Below are positions 40,991 through 51,851 of a DNA stretch of 64,000 bases, piece by piece. The notes under the pieces were generated by a model that made no database searches, was not told the DNA's origin, and worked only from the letters and a program-made list of their open reading frames with translations. The stretch comes from Octopus sinensis (lineage: Eukaryota): NCBI RefSeq assembly GCF_006345805.1, contig NC_042997.1, forward strand, positions 203,484,001-203,548,000, read 5' to 3'. The position numbers were made by a program, and so were the translations under genes. How positions within the stretch are numbered: position 1 is the stretch's first letter; the number at the start of each line of letters is the position of its first letter.

Positions 40991-41563
40991 CTATTGACTG
41001 GACACCAGCCAGTCTCACAGCTTTCTTCAACCAGTCATCACCCATCTTCATCATTGCAGCAACAGACAGCAGACCACAGCCACATTATCAAACCCAACAG
41101 AATTGAAGTCATTTGAATGTTTGTTCCAGTCTGTAGTATCAACACCATTCCCTTTGGCAATCTTCTATTATTATAACAAGAGGAATAAATCATAGCTTTT
41201 TTAACTTATTCAAATCTTGTTCGTCTTTCCACACCATATCATTATAAATGGTGACCTATGAACACTCTTCCTGTTATAGATGTCTATGTTATATTTCAGG
41301 AGTTTTTACTCCTTCAATCAGCACCCATCTAACCTATTAAGCATCCACAAACTCATTACTTAAATAGCCACTACTTTTAGCAGTGTGATATTATTGGATT
41401 TACCAATTTACATATCAAACACATTCCTGGAAGCTGGTACATGAATACTGATGACTTGTAGGCACAAAGTGTTTCATTATGCAACCATAATATGTAACAA
41501 AGTACATTAAACGTTTTTGTAAGTCAATACCATGTACTACTATGTTAGCAGTGTACATGTTAA

Positions 41564-41832
41564 GGTCATCTCTACCGATTTTCCATAGAAATTTTAGCCA
41601 GCACAGATTTTGTTACGACATTTTATATCAGGGACATCAGATGTAAACAAACAATGAGATCAAAGATGAAAAAATGGTTAATGGGTATATATGTCAAATT
41701 TCAGGATGCCCATTACCCATTTTCTCATCTTCAATCGCATTGTTTGTTTACATCTGATATCCCAGATACGATACGAAACATAACAAAATCAGTGCTGACT
41801 ATAATTTCTATAGAAAATCTGTAGAAATGGCC
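41564..41832. mobile_element. Fold-back MITE with TTAA TSD (Kolobok-like termini)
   Basis: TTAA|GGTCATCTCTACCGATTTTCCATAGAAATT...AATTTCTATAGAAAATCTGTAGAAATGGCC|TTAA; arms about 120 bp. Confidence 0.8.
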
Positions 41833-41950
41833 TTAACAAAGAAATCTGTCAAAGAAATGTGTTTACATAGATCCTGCTATAGTCTACTTCTGTACTACAA
41901 TGCTTCAAGTGAACTACAACATGCTTCTGTTATTAAATAATACATATATA

Positions 41951-42364
41951 GGCACAGGAGTGGCTGTATGGTAAGTAGCTTGTTTACCAACCACATGATT
42001 CCGGGTTCAGTCCCACTGCGTGGCACCTTGGGCAAGTGTCTTCTACTATAGCCTCGGGACGACCAAAGCCTTGTGAGTGAATTTGGTAGACGGAAACTGA
42101 AAGAAGCCTGTCGTATATATGTATATATATATATATGCGTGTGTGTGTTTGTGTATCTGTGTTTGTCCCCCTAGCATTGCTTGACAACCGATGCTGGTGT
42201 GTTTATGTCCCCGTTACTTAGCGGTTCGGCAAAAGAGACCGATAGAATAAGTACTGGGCTTACAAAAGAATAAGTCCCGGGGGGTCGAGTTGCTTGATTA
42301 AAAAGGCAGTGCTCCAGCATGGCCACAGTCAAATGACTGAAACAAGTAAAAGAGTAAAAGAGTA
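41951..42364 (+). mobile_element. Full-length SINE family B (CORE-like)
   Basis: Box A TGGCTGTATGG, box B GGTTCAGTCCC, ACCTTGGGCAAGT, internal (TA)/(TG) tract and AAAGAGT-repeat tail. Confidence 0.9.
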
Positions 42365-42972
42365 TATATATAAACAAGATTGCATTATTTCCATTCATTC
42401 CAATAGTTTTTTGTTTTGTTTTGTTTTCTCACCTTGTTAAATATTTAAATCTTATTTTCACTAAATATTGATAACAAGACTATATGTAGTCTGAGGAATA
42501 ACAATTTATATTTTGTTTTATAAGGCGAATATGTGTTACATTGAATTGTTTCTTCTCTATTAAAGTTGTTGATTCAAAGTCAAACAGAATCAAAGTGAAA
42601 GTCAACAGCTTCTGACATTTGAGCCCAGAACTGACAAATACCAAACTAGATATTGTAAAATGTCTAGTCTAGAACTTTGCTGTCTCATCAATAACTAAAT
42701 CAATGGCTAATAATTTAAGTTAATAGACCACTGACTTTGATTAATGTTTGTAAATTCAAACCCTAACTGTTTACTTCAATTTACTTCAGTTACCCTGATC
42801 AAAACTAGATTCACTCCCTCCACTGCCCACCTTTCTTTATTTCTGACTGAACTTCTACAGAAGAAAATTCAAATCTAGGGGAACTAAGTGTTATATTATA
42901 TATAAAAGCATTATTTACATACTGGTGGGACTCATGACTATTTCACAGAATTAATGGTAAACTTATTGGGTT

Positions 42973-43362
42973 CATCATCATCATCATCATCATCATTTAG
43001 CGTCCGCTTTCCATGCTAGCATGGGTTGGACGGTTCAACTGGGGTCTGTGAAGCCAGAAGGCTGCATCAGGCCCAGTCTGATCTGGCAGTGTTTCTACGG
43101 CTGGATGCCCTTCCTAATGCCAACCACTCCGTGAGTGTAGTGGGTGCTTTTTACGTGCCACCTGCACAGGTGCCAGACGGAGCTGGCAAACGGCCACGGA
43201 TGGATGGTGCTTTTTACGTGCCACCGGCATGGGGCCAGGCGATGCTGGCAACGGCCACGAACGGATGGTGCCTTTTACGTGCCACCGGCACGAGGCCAGT
43301 CAGGGCGGCACTGGCAACGGCCACGAACAAATGGTGTCTTTTTACGTGCCACTGGCACGGGG
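42973..43362 (-). mobile_element. Young RTE-PHD 3' fragment with four UTR modules
   Basis: (CAT)n, conserved 3' end and four TTTTACGTGCCAC units. Confidence 0.88.
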
Positions 43363-43809
43363 GCCTGAAAACTTTATCCCAAAAACCTGAAAGTGTAATC
43401 TGTGTTGTGTCTGCATTGAAAAATAGTCGTTCATCTGCTACTCATTGAGAAGTGAAAGAAACTGAAATACGATGATTACTTAATGCACTTTATATATATA
43501 CTTTATGTACAATTTTATAAACTTAATACACAGCACTCATAAAATAAATATTCACTCTTATTTTTCCATTTTCTCCATAAACAAGAAAAAAATCACCATA
43601 CATATGATACAACGTCTAGTTAAATTGCATATATCTACCATGTAAATAAGAGTGAATATTTCATGGAATTGCACTTACATGCATGCATTAAGTGACAGGT
43701 GATATAAAAAACTTAGTTCAATTTTTTAAAAATATATACTTTTCACTCTCCACTCACCACTGCCACCTCCACCACAACCACCATCTCTTCCATCACCACT
43801 ACCACCACG

Positions 43810-43858
<49 letters not shown>

Positions 43859-44394
43859 CTTTAACCTCACCATCAGAACATCACCCCTCTACTAAATTTA
43901 TATTTCTAACTCTCTTTTCTATATCACTGCTTTCAACTAACTTTTTTAACCCCGTAATAAATATTACATTCCCCCTACCTCATGTCATTGACATTCTCTC
44001 TCCCACTTTTTCTCTCTCCCACTTTTTCTCTCTCCATCTTTTTCTCTCTCTTTTTTTCTTTCTCTTTTCTGTCTTACTCTTTGCCTTATCTACTTTTTCT
44101 CTCTCCTTTTTCTTTTTCCCTCTTATTCTATTTTTCTCTTCAACTAATCATGTAATGAAATTATAATTACGTTCCCACTGCCTCATGTCATGGATGCTTC
44201 TTTCCCCTTTTTTTTTCTTTCCCTCTTTTCTTTCTCCCTCTTTTTCTCTCACTCTTCACCTCTCCCTTCAACTAATCATGTGAAAGCATTATGGATAGGC
44301 TAAGTAATGGAGTAACAAGCAGAATTCTTATAAGATGTATACCCGCCTTCAGTAGAGTGCCTTGCTGTGGGAAGATAGGAGTAGATGAAGCTAA

Positions 44395-45695
44395 GGGTGA
44401 GAGTTAACCAAATTACAGTGAAGAATTTGGAGTACAGGTAGGCATTCATCAAGGCTCAGTCCTCAGTGCCCTCCTTTTCACCATTATCCTCCAGGCCATA
44501 ACAGGGGAATTCAAGACTGGCAGCTCCTGGGAATCTTGCCCTCATAACAGATTCTATATCAGAGGTAGAAAAGAAATTCCAGGTTTGGAAGCAAACCTTG
44601 AATTCAAAGGAGGGCCTTAAGATTAACTAAACAAAGACTAAGGTCTTAGTAAGCAAGAAAACCCAACTTCCTTCAGGCAATTGGCCCTGCTTGATTTGTA
44701 GGAAAGGTGTAGGAAGGAACTCCATGTAGTACACTGTACCCAGTGTAAGCTATGGACACACAAGAGGTGCAATGGAATAATAGAAAGGTTAACAGAGTAG
44801 TGTTCATATGTGAAAGATGCACAGGATCCATAAAAACTATAGATACTCAGGAAATTGATTTTCTCAAATGCCTTGAAGGCTCTTTAAAGGTAGCAGATAA
44901 TTTCTGCTACCTAGAGGAGCAAATTAGTAGAGGCAGAGGGGGTATGAAAAGAGGATGTATGGCAATCAAAGGTCTCTCCTTCCAAGTGAAGGGAAGATTG
45001 TATGATGCATGTGTATGAATAGCAATTTTGCATGCTAGTGAGACATAAGTTCTGAATGCAAAGGATATGCAAAGGCTAGAGAGGAATGAGGCTGGATGTG
45101 TAATGTAGGTGTACATGTGCAACAAAGTGCTAGTGTGCAGAGAGAAAAGTTAATCATAAAAGGAATGAGATGCAGAGTGCAAGAAAGAACACTGCGCTGG
45201 TTTTGGTCATATGATGCATATGGATGTAGATAGTTGCATATAGAAGTGCCAATCACTCAAAGTAGATAGAACTCATGAAAGACATGGGATGAGGTACTGA
45301 AGGACAACCTCAGGATACTGAACCTTACACAGGAGATGACAGAAGACCAAGATATCTGGCACCTTGCTGTACTCAAGAAGACCTATCCTCCATAGAAGTG
45401 TTAATGTTGCTCCCCCTGATGAAGAGGATTGACCTGCAAGAGACCTACACCAGTGCCACATGAACAGTGCTCATGCCAGCACCACATGAAAGCGCTCATG
45501 CCTGTACCACATATAAGTACCCAGTACACTGTAAAGTAGTTGGCATTAGGAAGGGCATCCAGCCATAGAAACCAAGCCAAATCAGCCTGGAATCTGGTGC
45601 AGCTCTCCTCCTTGCCAGCCATGGTCAAAGCATCCAACTCATGCCAGCATGAAAAACAGACATTAAAGGATGATGATGATGATGATGATGATGAT
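44395..45695 (+). mobile_element. Older RTE-PHD LINE copy
   Basis: QVGIHQGSVLSALLF, WPCLICRKGVGRNS, CTQCKLWTHKRC, FICERCTG and FCYL; 3' end and (GAT)n tail. Confidence 0.88.
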
Positions 45696-46031
45696 ACTTA
45701 TCCAATAATGAAAAAAATCATCATCATCATTTAATATCCATCTTCATCACTGATATAGATTGGATGGTTTAACAGGATCCTACAAGCTGGAGGACCACAT
45801 TGAGTACCGATGTTGGCTTTAGATTTCCTTCCTAACACCATCAACTTTACAGAGTATGCTACGTGATTTTTCCATGGTATTGAGACTAATGAGGTCAATT
45901 GTTTTGCCTAACAGAATATTTGGTTTAGTTCTACCAACTGGGTTTTGGGTGCCTTTTGCAGAGTTCACTCTGTTGGAAACATTCAGATCAAACTTCTGGT
46001 TTTTTCCTCACAATGCAGCATAAATCCCTAC

Positions 46032-46110
46032 CTGCATTGTGATCAGGTTGCGAATAAGCTGCATCAATCTCACCAAGCTCAGATGGCTTATACTGCCCCA
46101 GTTCTCCTAA
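46032..46110 (-). CDS. Candidate internal coding exon of an unidentified gene (LGELGQYKPSELGEIDAAYSQPDHNA)
   Basis: Polypyrimidine tract plus AG, 79-nt open frame and CAG|GTAGGG donor, in apparently non-repetitive sequence. Confidence 0.3.
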
Positions 46111-46595
46111 CTTGTTAAAAAAAAAAGGAACAAAATATATTTATAGAACCAAGTTATTTTGACTTTTATACACTAAAGAAATAGGAGCTAAAGAAAATGT
46201 CAGACATAGCTACACATACATACACATATTTTGCTAAGATTATTTTAGAAAAAAGATTAAAAAATAAGAATTTGGAGAAAAGAAAGACCACAGGGAAGAA
46301 ACCACATATTGATGCGATTATGAAGTTACATGAATATCAGGGTATGTGTGTGTGTGTGTGTGTGTGTGTGAAGGGGTGGAGGAGGAGGAAAAGGAAGGAA
46401 AGGTGTAAGAAGGAATACTAAAGATTTTGCCCAGGTAAAATGTAAATATAAGTAATTAATTATCCACAGTAGGAGACTATTTTCAGTAGAGGTAAAGTGA
46501 ATTACTTCTTGTTGAGATACATGAAGCTATAGAGGAAGATATCACTCTGCAAATAAAGACAGGAAATTAAGAATTAAATACCTAATGTTGTGAAA

Positions 46596-46667
<72 letters not shown>

Positions 46668-47411
46668 TGTGTGCGTGCATGCACGCATGTGTGAGTGTGT
46701 GTGCTTGTGTGCGTGCATAAATGCATGTGTGTGTGTGTAGTTGAGTATTTGCATGCACACACATATAAAGGTGCTTCGTGATGTTATATGTATATTTATA
46801 TGTGTGTATGTATGTATACATATGTATGCATGTATGTATGCACATATAAATATATATATACATACATACACACACACACACTCACGCACACACATACACA
46901 CTATTTTCATGTGGTAAATTAAGAGAGGTGTTAAAGCATCAACTAGAAAGTCTTGTAGTATTTGTTCCTGTACTATGTTCAAATCCAACCAAAGCCGTTA
47001 TTTCCTTTCATCCTTTCAATGTTGATAAACTGAAAATACCACCCAAGTACTGAAGTTGATCTTATTTTTCTCCTGTCTATCTCTCTCTCTCTCTCTCTCT
47101 CTTTCAGAATTTGTTATATTGTACTATGAAAGGGTAGTGATAGATCACAGTATGTAAGGAAAAGAGAGAGGACCCTCCACTGTTATAATTTTTAAAAATT
47201 CAAGAGAGCTTAGAAGAGCCACCCACACTCCAGCCTTTGGCAGCTGTAGACAAGGAGGATTATTTGTTCTTTACTGCTCTAATAATGTTTAATCTTTTAT
47301 CTTTTATCCTTCTGTCTTTTACTTGTTTCATTCAGTAGACTGCGGTCATGCTAGAGCACTGCCTTGATGCATGAATCAATCCCATTATTTTATTTTTTTT
47401 GTAAGCCTGGT

Positions 47412-47592
47412 ACTTATTCTATCCATCTCTTTTGCGGAATCACTAAGTTATGAAGACAAACACACCGACACCAGTATACTTGTGTGTGTGTCTTTATGTT
47501 TGTGTTTGTCCTCCACCACCACTTGACAACTGGTGTCGGTGTGTTTGTTTTCATAACTTATTGATTCCGCAAAAGAGATGGATAGAATAAGT
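47412..47592. repeat. Inverted duplication of SINE family B tail (64-bp arms, 2 mismatches)
   Basis: Arms at 47412-47475 and 47529-47592. Confidence 0.92.
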
Positions 47593-47757
47593 TTATAAAG
47601 CTTATAAAGCTTTATAAGTTTATAAAGCTTGAAACACATGTACCGCAACATCCTTTGTGTTCTGTTTTTGATTTTATTTTATATATACCCTCTCACCTCT
47701 ACCACTAGCTGGTGTATATAGGTACTTATCAAGTATTCACCCTAAATTTGCAGTACC

Positions 47758-47792
<35 letters not shown>

Positions 47793-48964
47793 TTATATAT
47801 ATATATATATACGATGGGCTCCATTCAGTTTCCGTCCACCAAATCCACTCACATGGCTTCAGCTGGCCTGAGGCACTTACCCAAAGCACTATGCAGTAGG
47901 ACTGAACACAGAACCATGTGGTTGGGAAGCAAACCTCTTACCATACAGCCATACTTCTGCCTGTCTGATGATACAAAAACCCAATAATAACAATGCTAAT
48001 AGTAAAATTTGTTTCAAATTTGGCACAAGGTCAGTAGTTTTGAAGACAGTGGGTAAGTCGATTACATTGATCCAGTACTGGACTGATACTTTATTTTATC
48101 AACCCCAGAGGGATGAAAAGCAAAGTTGACCTCAACATGATTTGAACTCAAAATGAAAAGAGTGAGAACAAATAATGTAAAACATTTTTTCCAATGCTCC
48201 AACAATTCTGCCAGCTTATCAAATTTTCAGAAATAATGTATATTTTTAATGCAAATAAAAATGATGTCGTAATTTATATTGTTGCTGTTGTTCTAGTGTG
48301 TATTTATTCAATTATTTCCTCCACCATCCATCCTTAGTATGTTTCTACTTCAAATCCAACTGGGAGGAAATTAAACAAATATTGACAAGACCCACCAGAG
48401 ATATTACTAATTCACTTTGTGAGTAATTCACTAAATTAAGAACACAGGTTATAGTATGTAATGGTTCTCCCAGCATGCAGCCATTTATGAGCATGGCTAC
48501 ATGCTGGGGTAGCTACATATCTCCTCTACAGCAAGACACCTGTCCCTGTCACTTTATTATATGTTAGCCTCTAAACACCTAACACAAAGCCACCTCCTTC
48601 AATACTAACAACTCCTACACTCAGCTGAGGGGTCTGGTCTTAACTACTACTGTTGTCTGCAAAAAATACCCAGTTCACTCTGTAAAGTGGTGCAGGGCAC
48701 CCAGCCATAGATACCATGCCAAAGCAGACATTGGAGTTCAAAGAAGTTCTCTGGTTCATCAGACCCTCTTGAGCCATATAACCCATATCAGCATGGAAGA
48801 CAGATGTTGAAGGATTATGACAATGATGATGATGAGGATGATGATCTTTAAAGTGCCATTTGGATCTGATTGCACTCACACCAACCTACACCATCACCAC
48901 TATTCAACAATATCTTGCTCCTTCCCACATCATCCCTTAAGCATGTATATATAAATAAAAGCGC

Positions 48965-49583
48965 CCATGTGGTACCAGATAAAAACACCTAGTGTACTCT
49001 GTAGAGTGGTTGGTGTTAGGAAAGGCATCCAGCCATAGAAACCATGCCAAATCAGACAAGAGTCTAGTGCAGCTCCCCAGCTTGCTGGCGCTGACCAAAC
49101 TATCCAACCCATTCCAGCATGGACAATGGACTTTAATGATGATGATGATGATATATATGTTTGTATATATGTACAAGTGGTTGGCATTAGGAAGGGCATC
49201 CAGCCATAGAAACTCTGCCAGATCAGACTGGAGCCTGGAGCAGCCCCTGGCTTCCCAGACCCCGGTCGAACCGTCCAACCCATGCTAGCGTGGAAAACGG
49301 ACGTTAAACGATGATGATGATGATATATATATGCTGAGACCCTCCCCCCTTTGGTCATGACTGACCATGGGATTGCACCTAGAAAGTCTGGGCAAGGTTG
49401 TTTATGGAAGACCAGCAGTCACCACCAGTGTTATCCAAGGGAAAGGCAAAGGCCGATACAGCTTGGTACCTGTGAAATAAAGTGTCTTGCTCAAGAACAC
49501 AACATGCAGCCCGGTCCGGGATTCGAACTCACAACTTCGCGATCATAAGCTCAACACTCTAACCACTGAGCCATGCGCCTTCA
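48965..49583. mobile_element. Cluster of two RTE-PHD 3' ends (+) and a SINE family C head (-)
   Basis: Two GGCATCCAGCCATAGAAAC...(GAT)n units; minus-strand GAAGGCGCATGGCTCAGTGG...GTTCGAATCCC. Confidence 0.8.
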
Positions 49584-49659
49584 CATATATTAAATATATA
49601 TATACACGCACACTTCCTTATTATTAAATCAACAAAAACATCGCAAAAATATCACAATA

Positions 49660-49701
49660 AACTGCTACTCAGAGTTTCACGTTCCTGTTTGTCAGACAGT
49701 T
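49660..49701 (-). ncRNA. Minimal hammerhead ribozyme motif
   Basis: Minus strand AACTGT-CTGACAA-ACAGGAACGT-GAAACTCTGAGTA-GCAGTT. Confidence 0.65.
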
Positions 49702-49719
49702 TAGATTGAGACTCAGTCT

Positions 49720-49761
49720 AACTGTCTAATGAACAGAAACATGATACTCTGAGTAGCAGTT
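49720..49761 (+). ncRNA. Minimal hammerhead ribozyme motif (inverted partner)
   Basis: AACTGT-CTAATGA-ACAGAAACAT-GATACTCTGAGTA-GCAGTT. Confidence 0.55.
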
Positions 49762-50436
49762 TATTGTGATATTTTTGTGATGTTTTTGCAGCTTTAATTA
49801 TCATAAAGCTTATTACTCTACCTCCAGTATTTGAGTACTATAATAATGTGTGTGTGTGTGTGTGCATTAATAGTCACAAACAATAAAACATACATATGTA
49901 CACAAACACATATATTGATATATACTCATCTGCTTATACATGCTCACACTCATCTACCTACGCACACTCAGATCCTCACACATACACATACATGCATATA
50001 CACCTGCTCATATACGTACATACATGCATTCATAACATTCATAGCATATGCATTAGCATGCATTATCCTTCCCTTGGAAATATGAAAATATAATAAAATG
50101 CCATACCTCTTTAAACATACAAATATACCATACATATTTATGTACATAACATATCACATACATTTTGATGTATATACAGCTTTATAGTTACACCATATGC
50201 CAAGTGGAACACAGCCCCCCCCCACACACACACACATGCATACACATATATACATAGAGGCACACATACATACACTATGCCTGCTCACAGCATACACACA
50301 TATGCATACACTCACAAAGATATACATACACACACACACACACATACACACATACTGCACCTGCTCACAACACACACACACACATATTATTATTATTATT
50401 ATATGATATTATATGATGTACCCCTGCTATTCTTAC

Positions 50437-50521
50437 ATGTCATATTCATGGATGCAGGAAGTACGGTAGAGGTAGACTGATCCATAAAGCATGGAAGACA
50501 TTTCTGACATATTTCAGAAAC
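50437..50521 (-). CDS. Candidate internal exon of an unidentified gene (VSEICQKCLPCFMDQSTSTVLPASMNMT)
   Basis: CTATCAG acceptor, 85 nt open in frame 1 and a GTAAGA donor. Confidence 0.3.
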
Positions 50522-51314
50522 CTGATAGCAGCAGCAGCAACAACAAAACAACAACAACAGCAGCAGCAAAGAAATATTCTCTGGAATGATGTAACTTTAA
50601 ACAGATGAAAAAATAAATTTTTTAAAAACCCACTTCAGAGATGAAAAAATATGTCCAGTTATTGTTGGAACCCCAACATTTTCTTCATTTTGTTGTAAAT
50701 TTATTTCTGTAACAGTTTCTATTTTCATCCTATTGTTGTTGTAGTTGTTTAGCCCAAGGTCCGTCTTGAGATCATATAGGCCTATGATCAAAAGTATTCC
50801 AGCCTTGACCATTCTATCTTTTCTTCTCATATACAAATCATCTCACAATATATTATTCAATGTATCCTTCCTTTTCCAATTCAGTATTTTTGTCTTTGGG
50901 TTTGTTGTAAATGAAGGTACTATGATTTGAGAAAGATTTGGTTACCATTTCTTGCACATGGAGCAACCATGTAAAAGCACTTTCATTAACTTATATTCTT
51001 CCTCCTCTCCCTCTTCTTTTTTCATCCTCTTTACTCTCTTTTTCTGTTTCCTTTGCTTCTTTTTTCTTCTTTTTATATTTCTGGTTCTTCCACTTCTTCC
51101 TCTCCCTCTTCCTCTTCCCTTCCTCCTTCTCAACCTTCTCCATCTTTTTTACTTCTTTTTCCATTGCTTTCTTTTCTTCCTCTTCTTTTTCTTCTTCTTC
51201 TCTTCCTCCTCCTCCTCCACCTTCGTCTTCCTCGTCTTTTTCTTCTTTTTCCATTGCTTTCTGTTCTTTTTCTTTTCCTCTTTCTGATGCTTATTTTTCT
51301 CCTTTGATATAGCT

Positions 51315-51525
51315 TTTCTATTATAGGCACAAGGCCTGAAGTTTTGGTGGAAGGGACCAATCGATTACATCAACTCCAGAATTTCACTGGTACTTAATTT
51401 ATCGACCCCGAAAGGATGAAAGTCAAAGTCGACCTCAGTGGAAATTTGAACTCAGAATGTAGCAATAGACGAAATACCACTAAGCATTTCGTCCAGCATG
51501 CTAATGACTCTGCCAGCTCGCCACC
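51315..51525 (-). mobile_element. SINE family A
   Basis: Matches the 174-402 head and core. Confidence 0.85.
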
Positions 51526-51558
51526 TTTTTCGTTCTTTGATATATAATATATAAACAC

Positions 51559-51589
<31 letters not shown>

Positions 51590-51593
51590 TGTA

Positions 51594-51630
<37 letters not shown>

Positions 51631-51851
51631 ATCAATGTATGTATACATATATATGTCTGTCTTTGTGTATATATGTATGCAAACAAATGCATGTAAATAT
51701 TTATCTCCCATACTTGCCACCTTGACTGAAGAGATGAAGAGGCTGAATATATTTGTATATAGATATGTATGTATAGTCATATCATCATCAGATGATGATG
51801 AAGATGAGGCAACATGTGTGTGAGTTTGCGTGTGTGTGTGTGTGTGTATCA

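Noticed and set aside
39396-41687. LTR retrotransposon (direct repeats around a gag-like ORF)
   Set aside because: The repeats lack TG...CA ends, PBS and PPT, contain half a TTAA MITE, and the ORF looks like a non-LTR ORF1.
45409-45440. Hammerhead at CTGATGAAGAGGATTGACCT
   Set aside because: No GAAA core or stems I and III downstream.
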